64,000 bases of DNA from Oscillospiraceae bacterium. Its GTDB lineage: Bacteria > Bacillota > Clostridia > Oscillospirales > Oscillospiraceae. The position numbers were made by a program, and so were the translations under genes. The notes beneath the pieces are model-generated. The model made no database searches. It was not told where the DNA came from and was given only the letters and a program-made list of their open reading frames with translations. The stretch's first letter is position 1; the number at the start of each line of letters is the position of its first letter. Positions 35,979 through 45,503 of the stretch are shown in pieces. The DNA is taken from the NCBI GenBank assembly GCA_009779845.1, contig WRBE01000005.1, positions 880 through 64,879 of the forward strand. Direction: 5' to 3'.

Positions 35979-36007
35979 ATCATACACCTAAATTTTTCTT
36001 ATGTCAA
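35979..36007 (-). promoter_or_regulatory. Promoter of the xylanase gene
   Basis: Gene orientation: TTGACA, a 17-nt spacer, then TATGAT. The operator follows directly. The 5' UTR is about 200 nt. Confidence 0.55.
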
Positions 36008-36100
36008 GAGATTTTTTCTTGTTCTATATCTTGATTGTACCTACCGCAAGTCAAGACGTACACGGCGATAGACAGGCTAGTTACAAGGAGCCGCCAACGA

Positions 36101-36137
36101 CAAAAAATCGGCCCACTTACCAGTGTAAGTGGGCCGA
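36101..36137 (-). terminator. Rho-independent terminator after xylA
   Basis: TCGGCCCACTTAC / GTAAGTGGGCCGA stem with a 4-nt loop, followed on the minus strand by TTTTTTG. Confidence 0.75.
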
Positions 36138-36165
36138 CTGCAACAAACGTGCGATTTATAGTCGT

Positions 36166-37485
36166 CTATCCACCAAACAAAACAGAGTTCACCACATTCT
36201 CCAGGTACTCTTGCCGACCAGAACCGGGGAGCCCGGGGTTTTGTTTCTCTTCGGCATAGGCGGCCAGCTCTTCTAGGGTCGCCTCTCCACTGCGAATTTT
36301 GGCACCTAGGCCGGTCTTGAAGCTGGCGTAGCGCTCGTCAATAAACCCGTCTATCCGGCCGTCCTCTAGGATGGCGGCGGCCTTAATCAGACCGAGGGCA
36401 AAGGTGTCCATGCCCAAAATAAAGGCTTGGAACATGTCCTCATAGGTATAGCTGGCACGCCGTGTCTTTGCATCAAAGTTTAAGCCGCCGGTCAGGCCGC
36501 CTGCTTTGATAATCTCATACATGGCCATGGTGGCCACATAGACATCCTTCGGGAACTCATCCGTGTCCCAGCCCAGCAACAAGTCGCCGGTGTTCACGTC
36601 TACGCTGCCCAACATGCCGTTAATGGCAGAAATTCGCAAATCATGCTGGAACGTATGCCCCGCCAATGTGGCGTGGTTGTCTTCAATGTTCATCTTGAAA
36701 TCTTTGTCTAGGCCATATTGGCGCAAGAACCCAATGGCAGTGGCGGCATCAAAGTCGTATTGGTGCTTCATGGGCTCTTTCGGCTTGGGCTCAATGTAGA
36801 AATCCCCTGTAAAGCCGATACTGCGGCCATAGGCCACGGCCATTTTCATCAGTTGGGCGATATTTTCCTGCTCAAACTTCACATCGGTGTTCAGCAGAGT
36901 CTCGTATCCCTCACGACCGCCCCAGAATACATAGCCGCGACCGCCCAGCTTCACAGTGAGGTCTAGGGCCTTTTTCACTTGCGCTGCCGCAAAGCAATAG
37001 ACATCGGCACAGTTGGTGCTCCCCGCACCGTTCATGAACCGGGGATTAGAGAACATGTTGGCCGTGCCCCAAAGGCAACGGATGCCGGTCTCTTTCATTT
37101 TCTCTAAGATATAGTCTGTAATCTCGTCTAACCGTCTGTTGGTCTCGTTAATATCGTCAGACTCCGGCACAAGGTCTGTGTCGTGCCAGCAGAACTCTTC
37201 AATGCCAATTTTTTGCATAAACTCAAACCCAGCATCTACTTTTGCTCTGGCGTGGGCCATGGTGCCGGGCTCCGTGCCAAAGGTCTTATCTGTAGATGGT
37301 GCGCCGAACATGTCACTGCCTTGCCCGCACAGATTATGCCACCAAGCCATGGCGAAAGGCAGATGCTCTTTCATTTTCTTACCGTACACCACTCGCTCTG
37401 CATCGTAAAATTTGAACGCCAGCGGATTTTTGCTTTTCGGCCCCTCGTAAACAATCGGCCCGATTCCTTTGAACATTTCACTCAT
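36166..37485 (-). CDS. xylA: Xylose isomerase
   Basis: 439 aa. The N-terminus [24 protein letters not shown], plus [16 protein letters not shown] and FEPKPKEP-like motifs, are typical of class II XylA. Confidence 0.95.
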   Translation of the reverse strand: MSEMFKGIGPIVYEGPKSKNPLAFKFYDAERVVYGKKMKEHLPFAMAWWHNLCGQGSDMFGAPSTDKTFGTEPGTMAHARAKVDAGFEFMQKIGIEEFCWHDTDLVPESDDINETNRRLDEITDYILEKMKETGIRCLWGTANMFSNPRFMNGAGSTNCADVYCFAAAQVKKALDLTVKLGGRGYVFWGGREGYETLLNTDVKFEQENIAQLMKMAVAYGRSIGFTGDFYIEPKPKEPMKHQYDFDAATAIGFLRQYGLDKDFKMNIEDNHATLAGHTFQHDLRISAINGMLGSVDVNTGDLLLGWDTDEFPKDVYVATMAMYEIIKAGGLTGGLNFDAKTRRASYTYEDMFQAFILGMDTFALGLIKAAAILEDGRIDGFIDERYASFKTGLGAKIRSGEATLEELAAYAEEKQNPGLPGSGRQEYLENVVNSVLFGG

Positions 37486-37516
37486 GATTTTTTCTCCTTT
37501 ATACGTTTTAGTAAAA

Positions 37517-39040
37517 TTATAGCGTTGCTAGGGTAGAAAATTGGCCCTTTAAGGCCCCATAGACCTCTTGATATAGCTTATAGTACGGTGTGTAGGCGTC
37601 CACATTTTCCGCAATGGGTTGTTGCGCCGCCCCAAAGCGGAGCAGTTTTTTGCAGGCCGCCGGAACGCTTTCATACAGCCCAACCCCGACACCTGCGAGA
37701 ATCGCAACGCCTAAGGCTGGCCCCTCACCCGCCTGTTCCGTTACCACGGGACAGTTGTAGTTATCCGCCAACATCTGCCGCCAGAGGGGGCTTTTCCCGC
37801 CGCCGCCGGTGGCCAGCATCTCCGTAAACGTCACACCCATACTACGCAGGACATCCAGACAATCCCGCTGGGAATACACCACACCTTCCATCACCGCACG
37901 GAGCATATCCCGCCGGGTATGTACCCCGGACAATCCAAAGAACACGCCACGGGTGTTGGCATCTAGCAGCGGACTCCGCTCTCCCATCAAAAACGGCAGG
38001 AACAACAGCCGATTGGCGCCGATTGGCACTTTGTCTGCCTGCGCCGTCATCAATTCGTAAGGGTCTACGCCCATCCCTTGCGCTGTCAACACTTCCGGAG
38101 TGGCAAAATTATTGCGGAACCACTGCAAGCTCCCTCCGGCGGATAAAGTGCAGCTCATCACCGTCCACGCATCCGGGACTGCGGCGCAAAAGGTATGCAC
38201 CCGGCCCGCCGGGTCAATGGTCGCCGTGTCTGAATGAGCAAAGATTACGCCAGAGGTGCCGATAGTGGTAAACGCCCGCCCGGCCTCCACCACGCCGGTA
38301 CCCACAGAGGCGGCAGCGTTGTCCCCAGCACCACCCACAACAGGGGTTCCAGAGGCAAGACCGGTCAGCGTCGCAACTCGGTCGGTGACGCCGCCCGTCA
38401 CCTGATACGATTCATATAAGTCCGCTAACAGCGAAGGGTCAATCTCTAATGCGCTGAGAATTTCATCGCTCCAACACCGGCCAGGCACATCCATCAAGTT
38501 CATCCCTGAGGCATCAGATACCTCTGTGGCAAACACCCCGGTCAGTTTATAACGGATATAGTCTTTCGGAAGCAGGATATGGCGGCACTTGGCGTAAATC
38601 TCCGGCTCATGCTCTCGCACCCACAGGATTTTCGAGGCCGTAAACCCAGGCAAGGCAGGGTTTGCGGTAATCTCCATCAGCCGCTTTGCCCCCACTCGCC
38701 GGGTGATTTCCTCACATTGCGCTGTCGTCCGCCCGTCACACCAGATGATTGCGTTGCGAAGCACCTCCCTCGCTGCGTCCAGCATCACAAGCCCGTGCAT
38801 CTGACCGGATAGACCAATCCCCGCGATTTGTTTGGCAGAAACGCCGCTTTTCGCTACCACAGTGCGTAACGACGACACCGTTGCATCCCACCAGTGGGCC
38901 GGGTCTTGCTCTGCCCAGCCATTTTGAGGCTGATACATGGGGTATTCCTCAGTGGCAGAAGCCACGGGCACCCCCGCCTCATCAAAGAGAACGGTTTTCG
39001 TGCCAGAAGTTCCCACGTCTACCCCAATTAAATAATGCAT
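37517..39040 (-). CDS. xylB: Xylulokinase (FGGY family)
   Basis: 507 aa with [19 protein letters not shown], the GLSGQMHG motif and GGGAKS-like [11 protein letters not shown]. Confidence 0.9.
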   Translation of the reverse strand: MHYLIGVDVGTSGTKTVLFDEAGVPVASATEEYPMYQPQNGWAEQDPAHWWDATVSSLRTVVAKSGVSAKQIAGIGLSGQMHGLVMLDAAREVLRNAIIWCDGRTTAQCEEITRRVGAKRLMEITANPALPGFTASKILWVREHEPEIYAKCRHILLPKDYIRYKLTGVFATEVSDASGMNLMDVPGRCWSDEILSALEIDPSLLADLYESYQVTGGVTDRVATLTGLASGTPVVGGAGDNAAASVGTGVVEAGRAFTTIGTSGVIFAHSDTATIDPAGRVHTFCAAVPDAWTVMSCTLSAGGSLQWFRNNFATPEVLTAQGMGVDPYELMTAQADKVPIGANRLLFLPFLMGERSPLLDANTRGVFFGLSGVHTRRDMLRAVMEGVVYSQRDCLDVLRSMGVTFTEMLATGGGGKSPLWRQMLADNYNCPVVTEQAGEGPALGVAILAGVGVGLYESVPAACKKLLRFGAAQQPIAENVDAYTPYYKLYQEVYGALKGQFSTLATL

Positions 39041-39085
39041 ACTATATTATCCTTTCAAAAAAGAGTGTTCAAAAAATGTTCGCAT

Positions 39086-39108
39086 GTTTATTAACCTTGT
39101 TAACTAAC
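39086..39108 (-). promoter_or_regulatory. Candidate ROK/XylR operator, site 2 (upstream of xylB-xylA)
   Basis: Gene orientation: GTTAGTTAACAAGGTTAATAAAC. It starts 3 nt after the -10 of the promoter below. Confidence 0.6.
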
Positions 39109-39111
39109 TCA

Positions 39112-39140
39112 AGGATACACCCTTTCTGCGCTCCGGTCAA
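39112..39140 (-). promoter_or_regulatory. Promoter of xylB-xylA
   Basis: Gene orientation: TTGACC-ggagcgcagaaagggtg-TATCCT. Nearly identical to the promoter at 40579..40607. Confidence 0.55.
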
Positions 39141-39228
39141 TTGTCGGATTCACCAATACTCTCACGTTGTTTTTGGTAAAATAGCCAATTTCGCCAAGTC
39201 TGCTTTTTCTGTGCTAGACCCTGTAAAC

Positions 39229-39264
39229 AGCAAAACACCCCCGCAGTAACGACTGCGGGGGTGT
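39229..39264 (-). terminator. Rho-independent terminator after the msmK-like gene
   Basis: ACACCCCCGCAGT / ACTGCGGGGGTGT stem with a 4-nt loop, followed on the minus strand by TTTTGCTGTTT. Confidence 0.7.
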
Positions 39265-39277
39265 TCGGTGTAATATA

Positions 39278-40408
39278 TTATTTTGTTGAATCGATGTTGC
39301 TGGAAATAACCTGCTCGGAGTTTTTATCAAACAAATGTATCTTAGCGCAATCAATCGCCAACTTGAACTGCTCGCCTGTTCTCGGATTATTCCGCGGCGG
39401 GATAGTGGCGATGATGTCCTTGCCTTGCCAATTTGCGTACAGATAAATCTCAGCACCCATCAGCTCTGCCAAAGTCACATTTACATCAATCGCCGCCGTC
39501 GTGGCTTGATCCATGTAAATCTCCTCTGCGTGCATGTGCTCCGGGCGGATACCAACGATAATCTCTTTGCCCTCATAATTTGCAATCACACTATCATCCA
39601 CCTTGCCCGGAAGGAGCGGCAACAGCGTATCACCAAACCGAGCGGCATAGCCGGCATCGGTCTTCTCTACCACAGCGTCAATGAAATTCATCTGCGGCGC
39701 ACCGATGAAGCCCGCCACGAACAAGTTGCACGGATGGTCGTACAGATTTTGCGGCGTGTCCACCTGCTGGATGTAACCATCGTTCATGACTACAATCCGA
39801 TCCGCCATGGTCATAGCCTCCACTTGGTCGTGGGTGACATAGACAAAGGTGGTGGCAAGTTTTTTATGTAGCTTCGATATCTCCATCCGCATAGAGGTAC
39901 GGAGCTTTGCGTCTAGGTTCGACAGCGGCTCGTCTAACAAAAACACCGCCGGGTGCCGCACCATGGCGCGGCCTAATGCCACACGTTGCCGCTGACCACC
40001 GGATAGGGCCTTGGGCTTACGTTGCAGCAGGCTTTCGATATCCAGTATCTTCGCCGCTTCTTGAACCTTCCTGTCAATCTCGGCCTTGGATTCTTTCCGC
40101 AGTTTCAGCGCAAAGGCCATGTTCTTGTACACCGACATGTGGGGGTATAGGGCGTAGTTTTGGAATACCATAGCAATATCCCGATCTTTCGGTGCTACAT
40201 CGTTGACTAACCTTTCTCCAATGTGCAACTCACCGTCTGTAATTTCTTCCAGACCCGCAATCATGCGCAGCGTCGTGGACTTCCCACAGCCCGACGGCCC
40301 GACTAGGATGATGAACTCTTTGTCTTCAATCTCCAGATTGAAATCGTGTACCGCAACGACATCCCCAGGATATACCTTCCGTATGCCTTTTAAGCTTATG
40401 CCTGCCAT
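39278..40408 (-). CDS. Sugar ABC transporter ATP-binding protein (MsmK/MalK/UgpC-type)
   Basis: Tracked ORF 39278..40672, with the start moved to the ATG at 40408 (SD GGAGGT 7 nt upstream). Walker A GPSGCGKST, signature LSGGQRQRVALGRA, Walker B FLLDEPLSNLD, and a C-terminal MalK-like regulatory domain. Confidence 0.85.
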   Translation of the reverse strand: MAGISLKGIRKVYPGDVVAVHDFNLEIEDKEFIILVGPSGCGKSTTLRMIAGLEEITDGELHIGERLVNDVAPKDRDIAMVFQNYALYPHMSVYKNMAFALKLRKESKAEIDRKVQEAAKILDIESLLQRKPKALSGGQRQRVALGRAMVRHPAVFLLDEPLSNLDAKLRTSMRMEISKLHKKLATTFVYVTHDQVEAMTMADRIVVMNDGYIQQVDTPQNLYDHPCNLFVAGFIGAPQMNFIDAVVEKTDAGYAARFGDTLLPLLPGKVDDSVIANYEGKEIIVGIRPEHMHAEEIYMDQATTAAIDVNVTLAELMGAEIYLYANWQGKDIIATIPPRNNPRTGEQFKLAIDCAKIHLFDKNSEQVISSNIDSTK

Positions 40409-40578
40409 TTGTGTGACCTCCATTGCGTTCTTTCTTGCTAAAATAGCAGAAAAAACAGCCCATGTCAATGGCTTGTTAAAAATTAATGCATATTTCGGCC
40501 CCTTCCATCGAAAAGGCTTCCATGCTTTATCGTCTATATTTACCAAAAACAACATGCCAGTATTGTCACTTTTAACAA

Positions 40579-40607
40579 TTGACCGGAGAGCCGAAAGAGT
40601 GTATTCT
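40579..40607 (+). promoter_or_regulatory. Promoter of the sugar-uptake/GH1/GH3 operon
   Basis: TTGACC-ggagagccgaaagagtg-TATTCT, with a 17-nt spacer. Confidence 0.55.
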
Positions 40608-40620
40608 AATTGCAAAGGTG

Positions 40621-40643
40621 GTTTGTTAACAAGATTAATAAAC
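40621..40643 (+). promoter_or_regulatory. Candidate ROK/XylR operator, site 3 (upstream of the SBP gene)
   Basis: GTTTGTTAACAAGATTAATAAAC. An imperfect 9-5-9 inverted repeat (GTTTGTTAA / TTAATAAAC) with a GTTAAC core. It starts 13 nt after the -10. Confidence 0.6.
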
Positions 40644-40716
40644 TGACTTTGCTTACAGTCCCACCTGTTCAATCGCAGCTATCAAAAAAAACATGAAAAA
40701 GATGGAGGTACCAAAC

Positions 40717-42117
40717 ATGAAAAAGATTCTATGCCTATGTCTCGCCGTTCTTCTCCTCGTTGGCCTTGTGGCCTGCGGCAATGGCGGCGACACCGACACG
40801 ACACCCGCTCCTGACACTGGTGAAACCACCACAGAGACAACACCAGAACCCGAACCGGAGCCTGTAGAGCCTACAGGTGACCAACAAGTTCTCAATGTCT
40901 GGTCATTCACCGATGAGTTCTACACCATGCTCAATCGTTTCTTTGAACTCAACCCTGAGTTGGCAGAGCGGTATGTCGTAAACTATACCGAAATCTCCAC
41001 CACAGACGGTGCTTATCAACCGGCACTTGACATGGCACTTGCCGGCGGCGGTGCGGATGCACCGGACATCTGGTTGGCAGAGTCTGCTTTTGTATTGAAG
41101 TATTCACAAGGTGAAGCGTCTCACTTTGCCGCTACTTATGCGGATTTGGGTATTGATGTAGCATCTGCGATTGCGGCGGCCGACATCGCTGGATACACTG
41201 TTGACATCGGCACACGCCCCAGCGACAATCAAGTTGTCGCCCTCGGGTTCCAAGCCACTGGCGGTGCGTTCATCTATCGCCGTTCCATCGCTGAATCTGT
41301 ATTCGGTACAGATGATCCCGTTGCTGTTGCCTCTGAAATCGGCCCCGGCTGGGATCGTTTCTGGGAAGCTGCCGAAACACTGGGCGATGCTGGTTACGCC
41401 ATCGTCTCCGGTGACGGCGACCTGTGGCACCCCGTTCGTGGTGCTTCTCCTCGCGGCTGGATTGATGAGGACGGTTACCTGTACATCGACCCCTCTCGTG
41501 AAGCATTCCTCGACATGTCCATGAGACTCATGGAGAATGGCTGGCACAACGACACAGAAGACTGGTCTGACTCATGGTTTGCTGATTTCCGCGGCGAAGG
41601 CGCAAGAGAAGTCTTTGGCTTCTTCGGCCCCGCATGGTTGGTCAACTATGTATTGGGCCCCAACGCTGGCCCGACCTATGGTGACTGGGGCGTTGCAGTT
41701 CCACCGGAAGGGTTCTTCTGGGGCGGCACTTGGGTATTCGCAAACCGCGACACACCGCACACAGATGTTGTCCGTCAAATCATTGAGTGGGTTACATTAG
41801 ATGCCACCACAACCGGCCTTCAGTATGAGTGGGCCAACGGCATACTCCTCGGCACCAAAGATGTTGTTGCCTCCGGCGTTGTAATGGACATTTCTGACGG
41901 TAGAGTTGACATCTTGGACGGTCAAGACATGTTTGATGTGTTCATCCCGGCCAACGACTATGCTCGGGCGGACAATATGACCGAGTTTGACGAGTCCATC
42001 AACCTAATCTGGCGTGACCGTGTACGTCAATTCACCGGCGGACACATGACCCGCGACGAAGCACTAGAAAGCTTTAGACAAGCGGTTGCCGACGAGTTGT
42101 TCATTTTCTCTCGTTAA
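40717..42117 (+). CDS. ABC transporter extracellular solute-binding lipoprotein (sugar/oligosaccharide)
   Basis: Start moved to ATG 40717 (SD GGAGGT 7 nt upstream). Lipobox LVGLVAC|G, followed by a Thr/Pro/Glu-rich linker. The operon context with two CUT1-type permeases supports the call. Confidence 0.7.
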   Translation: MKKILCLCLAVLLLVGLVACGNGGDTDTTPAPDTGETTTETTPEPEPEPVEPTGDQQVLNVWSFTDEFYTMLNRFFELNPELAERYVVNYTEISTTDGAYQPALDMALAGGGADAPDIWLAESAFVLKYSQGEASHFAATYADLGIDVASAIAAADIAGYTVDIGTRPSDNQVVALGFQATGGAFIYRRSIAESVFGTDDPVAVASEIGPGWDRFWEAAETLGDAGYAIVSGDGDLWHPVRGASPRGWIDEDGYLYIDPSREAFLDMSMRLMENGWHNDTEDWSDSWFADFRGEGAREVFGFFGPAWLVNYVLGPNAGPTYGDWGVAVPPEGFFWGGTWVFANRDTPHTDVVRQIIEWVTLDATTTGLQYEWANGILLGTKDVVASGVVMDISDGRVDILDGQDMFDVFIPANDYARADNMTEFDESINLIWRDRVRQFTGGHMTRDEALESFRQAVADELFIFSR

Positions 42118-42150
42118 GTAGTTGCTTCATTGAAATAACGTGATATACTG

Positions 42151-42192
42151 TAGGGGCGGGCGACCGATGTCGGTCGCCCCTGCGGGTTTTTT
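42151..42192 (+). terminator. Intra-operon hairpin/attenuator after the SBP gene
   Basis: TAGGGGCGGGCGACCGAtgTCGGTCGCCCCTgcGGGTTTTTTC. The stem head (TAGGGGCG...CGCCCCT) resembles the terminal module of the repeat family. Confidence 0.6.
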
Positions 42193-42319
42193 CTTCGGAT
42201 TGGCATTGTGCCCAAGGGCGAGTCCTGCAAGTCGAATTTGAGCATGTTGCCAATCCAGAGAAAACCCTCCGCCATTATTTCCAGTAAAAACGGCCCGGAG
42301 CAAAAAGGAGTTTGCGAGG

Positions 42320-43297
42320 ATGAATCCAAAGAAAAAATCATTTAGCTATGCCAAATATGGATACTTATTTTCCATCCCGTTCATTATCGTATTTTTGATT
42401 TTCACGTTCTACCCAACCATTTATACCGCTGTGCTGGGGTTTACCGATTCCCAAGGTCTCGGTAACATTAATTTCAATTTCTTAGAGAACCCCTTAGATA
42501 ATTTCAGGGTCGTCTTAGCCAACCAAAGTTTCTTAAACGCCCTTTGGAATACGATTCTTATCTGGGTGTTAAATTTTATCCCACAGCTTGGCTTGGCCCT
42601 GCTCCTCACGGCGTGGTTTACATCCCGGCGTTCAAAACTGCGGGGTGTCGGCTTGTTCAAAGTTGTATTCTACATGCCCAATATTATCACCGCGGCCTCT
42701 GTTGCAATTTTGTTCTCTGCGCTATTTGGGCATCCCATCGGCCCCATCAACAGCTTGCTACAGATGCTGGGACACGATCCCTATAACTTCCTCAATAACC
42801 CGTGGGCATCCCGCTTAATCTTGATCTTCATCCAGTTCTGGATGTGGTACGGGTACACGATGATTATTTTGGTGGCCGGTGCCTTGGGGATCAGCCCCGA
42901 CCTCTACGAGGCGGCGGAGATTGACGGTGCCACGGGGGTACAGTCGTTCTTCCGCATCACTCTACCCAACCTGAAAATGGTCATGCTGTTCGTGTTGGTC
43001 ACCAGCTTAATCGGCGGCCTTAACGTGTTTGACGTGCCCCGGCTCTTCAACTGGGGCGGCCCCAATGCGGCCACGACGACGGTTGCGGTGTTTATCTTCA
43101 ACTGGGCCTTTACCAACCGCTACATGTATGGCCTTGCCGCCGCTGCTAGTATGGTTCTGTTCGTCATCGTTGCCGTTATCTCGGCAGGCATCTTCTTTTT
43201 ACTCCGAGACCAAGATGCAGCGAGAGAACGCAAAGAGCAAAAGCGGCTTAGAAAGCTGCATAAAACAAACCAGAACCGGGAGGTGCAAAAACCATGA
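42320..43297 (+). CDS. Sugar ABC transporter permease (MalF/LacF-like)
   Basis: 325 aa with 6 predicted TM segments and the EAA-loop motif YEAAEIDGATGVQSFFRITLP. Confidence 0.85.
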   Translation: MNPKKKSFSYAKYGYLFSIPFIIVFLIFTFYPTIYTAVLGFTDSQGLGNINFNFLENPLDNFRVVLANQSFLNALWNTILIWVLNFIPQLGLALLLTAWFTSRRSKLRGVGLFKVVFYMPNIITAASVAILFSALFGHPIGPINSLLQMLGHDPYNFLNNPWASRLILIFIQFWMWYGYTMIILVAGALGISPDLYEAAEIDGATGVQSFFRITLPNLKMVMLFVLVTSLIGGLNVFDVPRLFNWGGPNAATTTVAVFIFNWAFTNRYMYGLAAAASMVLFVIVAVISAGIFFLLRDQDAARERKEQKRLRKLHKTNQNREVQKP

Positions 43298-44139
43298 ACA
43301 AAGCGTTATTAGGCCGTGCTACATTTAAGACCGTCGCTTACTTCATCTGCATCGCCTTGGTTGCGTTGAGCCTGTTCCCCTTCATCATTATGATTATCAA
43401 TGCCACACGAAGTACACCTGAGATCCAGCAAAATGCGATTTCTCTCATTCCGTCTACCAACTTCGCAACAAATATGGATGTGTTGACTGGTCGGATGTTC
43501 GACCCGTTGCGTGGGATATTCAATTCCTTGGTCATCTCAACCAGCGCCACCTTACTCACGGTTTATTTCTCCACGTTGACTGCCTTTGCCTTGGTGGCCT
43601 ATAACTGGCGGATGCGGCAACCGTTTTTCACCTTGATTATGGTCGTCATGATGATTCCGGCACAGGTGAGCAGTATCGGGTTCTTCCAGTTCATGTTCCG
43701 CATCGGATGGACCAATAACTTCCTGCCCCTTATCATCCCCGCTGTGGCCGCCCCTATGGCTGTGTTCTTCTTGCGGCAGTACATGTTGGGGGCTCTGTCC
43801 ATGGAGCTGTTAGAAGCCGCACGAATTGACGGTTCTAGCGAAATTCGTATCTTCAACCAGATTGTCATCCCCATCATGAAACCGGCCATGGCCACCCAAG
43901 CCATCTTCGCCTTTGTGGCCAGTTGGAACAACCTGTTCATCCCGTCGATCCTGTTAACACGGAGCGATATGATGACACTGCCCATCATGGTCTCGCTGTT
44001 GCGTGGGGATGCCTACCGGGTGGAGTTGGGGGCCGTGTATCTCGGCCTTGCTTTGGCGGTCTTGCCGCTTTTGATTACCTACTTCATCTTCTCGAAATAT
44101 ATTGTTGCCGGTGTGGCACTGGGCGGCGTAAAGGGGTAA
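43294..44139 (+). CDS. Sugar ABC transporter permease (MalG/LacG-like)
   Basis: 281 aa with the EAA-loop motif LEAARIDGSSEIRIFNQIVIP. The start overlaps the upstream stop. Confidence 0.85.
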   Translation: MNKALLGRATFKTVAYFICIALVALSLFPFIIMIINATRSTPEIQQNAISLIPSTNFATNMDVLTGRMFDPLRGIFNSLVISTSATLLTVYFSTLTAFALVAYNWRMRQPFFTLIMVVMMIPAQVSSIGFFQFMFRIGWTNNFLPLIIPAVAAPMAVFFLRQYMLGALSMELLEAARIDGSSEIRIFNQIVIPIMKPAMATQAIFAFVASWNNLFIPSILLTRSDMMTLPIMVSLLRGDAYRVELGAVYLGLALAVLPLLITYFIFSKYIVAGVALGGVKG

Positions 44140-44142
44140 GCC

Positions 44143-45486
44143 ATGCAAACTGGATTTCCAACCGACTTTCTCTGGGGTGCTGCTAGTGCGGCCGCTCAAG
44201 TAGAGGGCGCTTATAACATCGACGGCAGAACGCCCAGTATCTGGGACGTTGTCTACCCCGGCAACACCGCCTTTGATGAGCACCCACACGTGGCCTGTGA
44301 CCACTACCACCGCTACAAAGAAGATGTGGCGTTGATGAAAGAGCTGGGACTCAAAACCTACCGATTCTCTATCAGTTGGTCCCGTGTCCTCCCGAACGGG
44401 GTGGGTGCAATCAACCCCAATGGGATTGCCTTTTACCAAGATTTGGTAGACGAGCTGTTAGCCGCCGGGATTGAGCCCATTGTCACTCTGTACCACTGGG
44501 ACTTGCCCTATGTCCTCCATCGCCAAGGCGGCTGGATGAATGACACCATGCCAGACTGGTTTGCGGTGTACACGAAAGTCATTGTCGATGCGCTGTCAGA
44601 TAAGGTGCGCTATTGGTGTACACTCAACGAACCGCAATGCTTTGTAGGTCTCGGGTACGAACAAGGTCATCATGCACCTTTTTACAAAGAAAAGTCGTCT
44701 CTTGCGGCCATTACCCGCAACACACTACTGGCCCATGGCCGGGCGGTGCTGACCATCCGGGAACACGCCAAGCAAGAGCCCATCATCGGCTTCGCCCCCT
44801 GCGGCCAAGTCTTTCTGCCGGATGCGGAAAGCCCGGATGCCATTCAGGCGGCCTATGACCAGACATTTGGTGCGCCCAGAAACGCTTTTGACATTGCATG
44901 GTTTTGTGATGCGCCCCTGCTCGGCACCTTCCCACAGGCGGTATGCGATTATCTGGGCGTGGATGAAGTATTATCGACGGAGGACATGCACATCGTCCAC
45001 CAACCCCTCGACTACTTCGGCTTTAACATCTATCAGGGCCACAGCACCACAAAACGGCCTGAGACCGGTGCGTTTGACGGTGCGTTCTCTCTGGGGTGCC
45101 CAGTCACCGCCATGGACTGGCCCATTACGCCGGATGTGCTCTATTGGGCGGCACGGTTTGCCCACCAGCGGTACGGTTTGCCTGTCTTTTTCACAGAAAA
45201 CGGCATGGCCAACGCCGACTATGTCATGCCCGATGGCAAAGTCCATGACCCCCAGCGGATCGGCTATGTCCACAGCTATCTAAAGGGTGTCAAACGTGCC
45301 CTTGCAGAAGATATTCCGGTCATCGGTTACACCTACTGGTCCATTTTGGACAACTACGAGTGGGCATGGGGCTATAATAAGCGGTTTGGCTTGGTCTATG
45401 TCGATTACCAGACTCAAATGCGCACTCTGAAAGATTCCGCACTCTGGTACCGGGACGTAATTGCCACCAACGGTGCCGATATCTAG
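44143..45486 (+). CDS. Glycoside hydrolase family 1 (beta-glucosidase/beta-xylosidase-type)
   Basis: 447 aa with FLWGAASAAAQVEGA, the acid/base motif TLNEP, the nucleophile motif FFTENG, and WSILDNYEW. Confidence 0.85.
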   Translation: MQTGFPTDFLWGAASAAAQVEGAYNIDGRTPSIWDVVYPGNTAFDEHPHVACDHYHRYKEDVALMKELGLKTYRFSISWSRVLPNGVGAINPNGIAFYQDLVDELLAAGIEPIVTLYHWDLPYVLHRQGGWMNDTMPDWFAVYTKVIVDALSDKVRYWCTLNEPQCFVGLGYEQGHHAPFYKEKSSLAAITRNTLLAHGRAVLTIREHAKQEPIIGFAPCGQVFLPDAESPDAIQAAYDQTFGAPRNAFDIAWFCDAPLLGTFPQAVCDYLGVDEVLSTEDMHIVHQPLDYFGFNIYQGHSTTKRPETGAFDGAFSLGCPVTAMDWPITPDVLYWAARFAHQRYGLPVFFTENGMANADYVMPDGKVHDPQRIGYVHSYLKGVKRALAEDIPVIGYTYWSILDNYEWAWGYNKRFGLVYVDYQTQMRTLKDSALWYRDVIATNGADI

Positions 45487-45503
45487 TTATAAGGAGAACT
45501 CAT

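Noticed and set aside
40409-40672. 88-aa N-terminal extension of the msmK-like ORF (tracked start 40672).
   Set aside because: The extension runs through the divergent promoter/operator region. An internal ATG at 40408 has a GGAGGT SD and gives the canonical MalK-type N-terminus (MAGISLKGIRKVY...).
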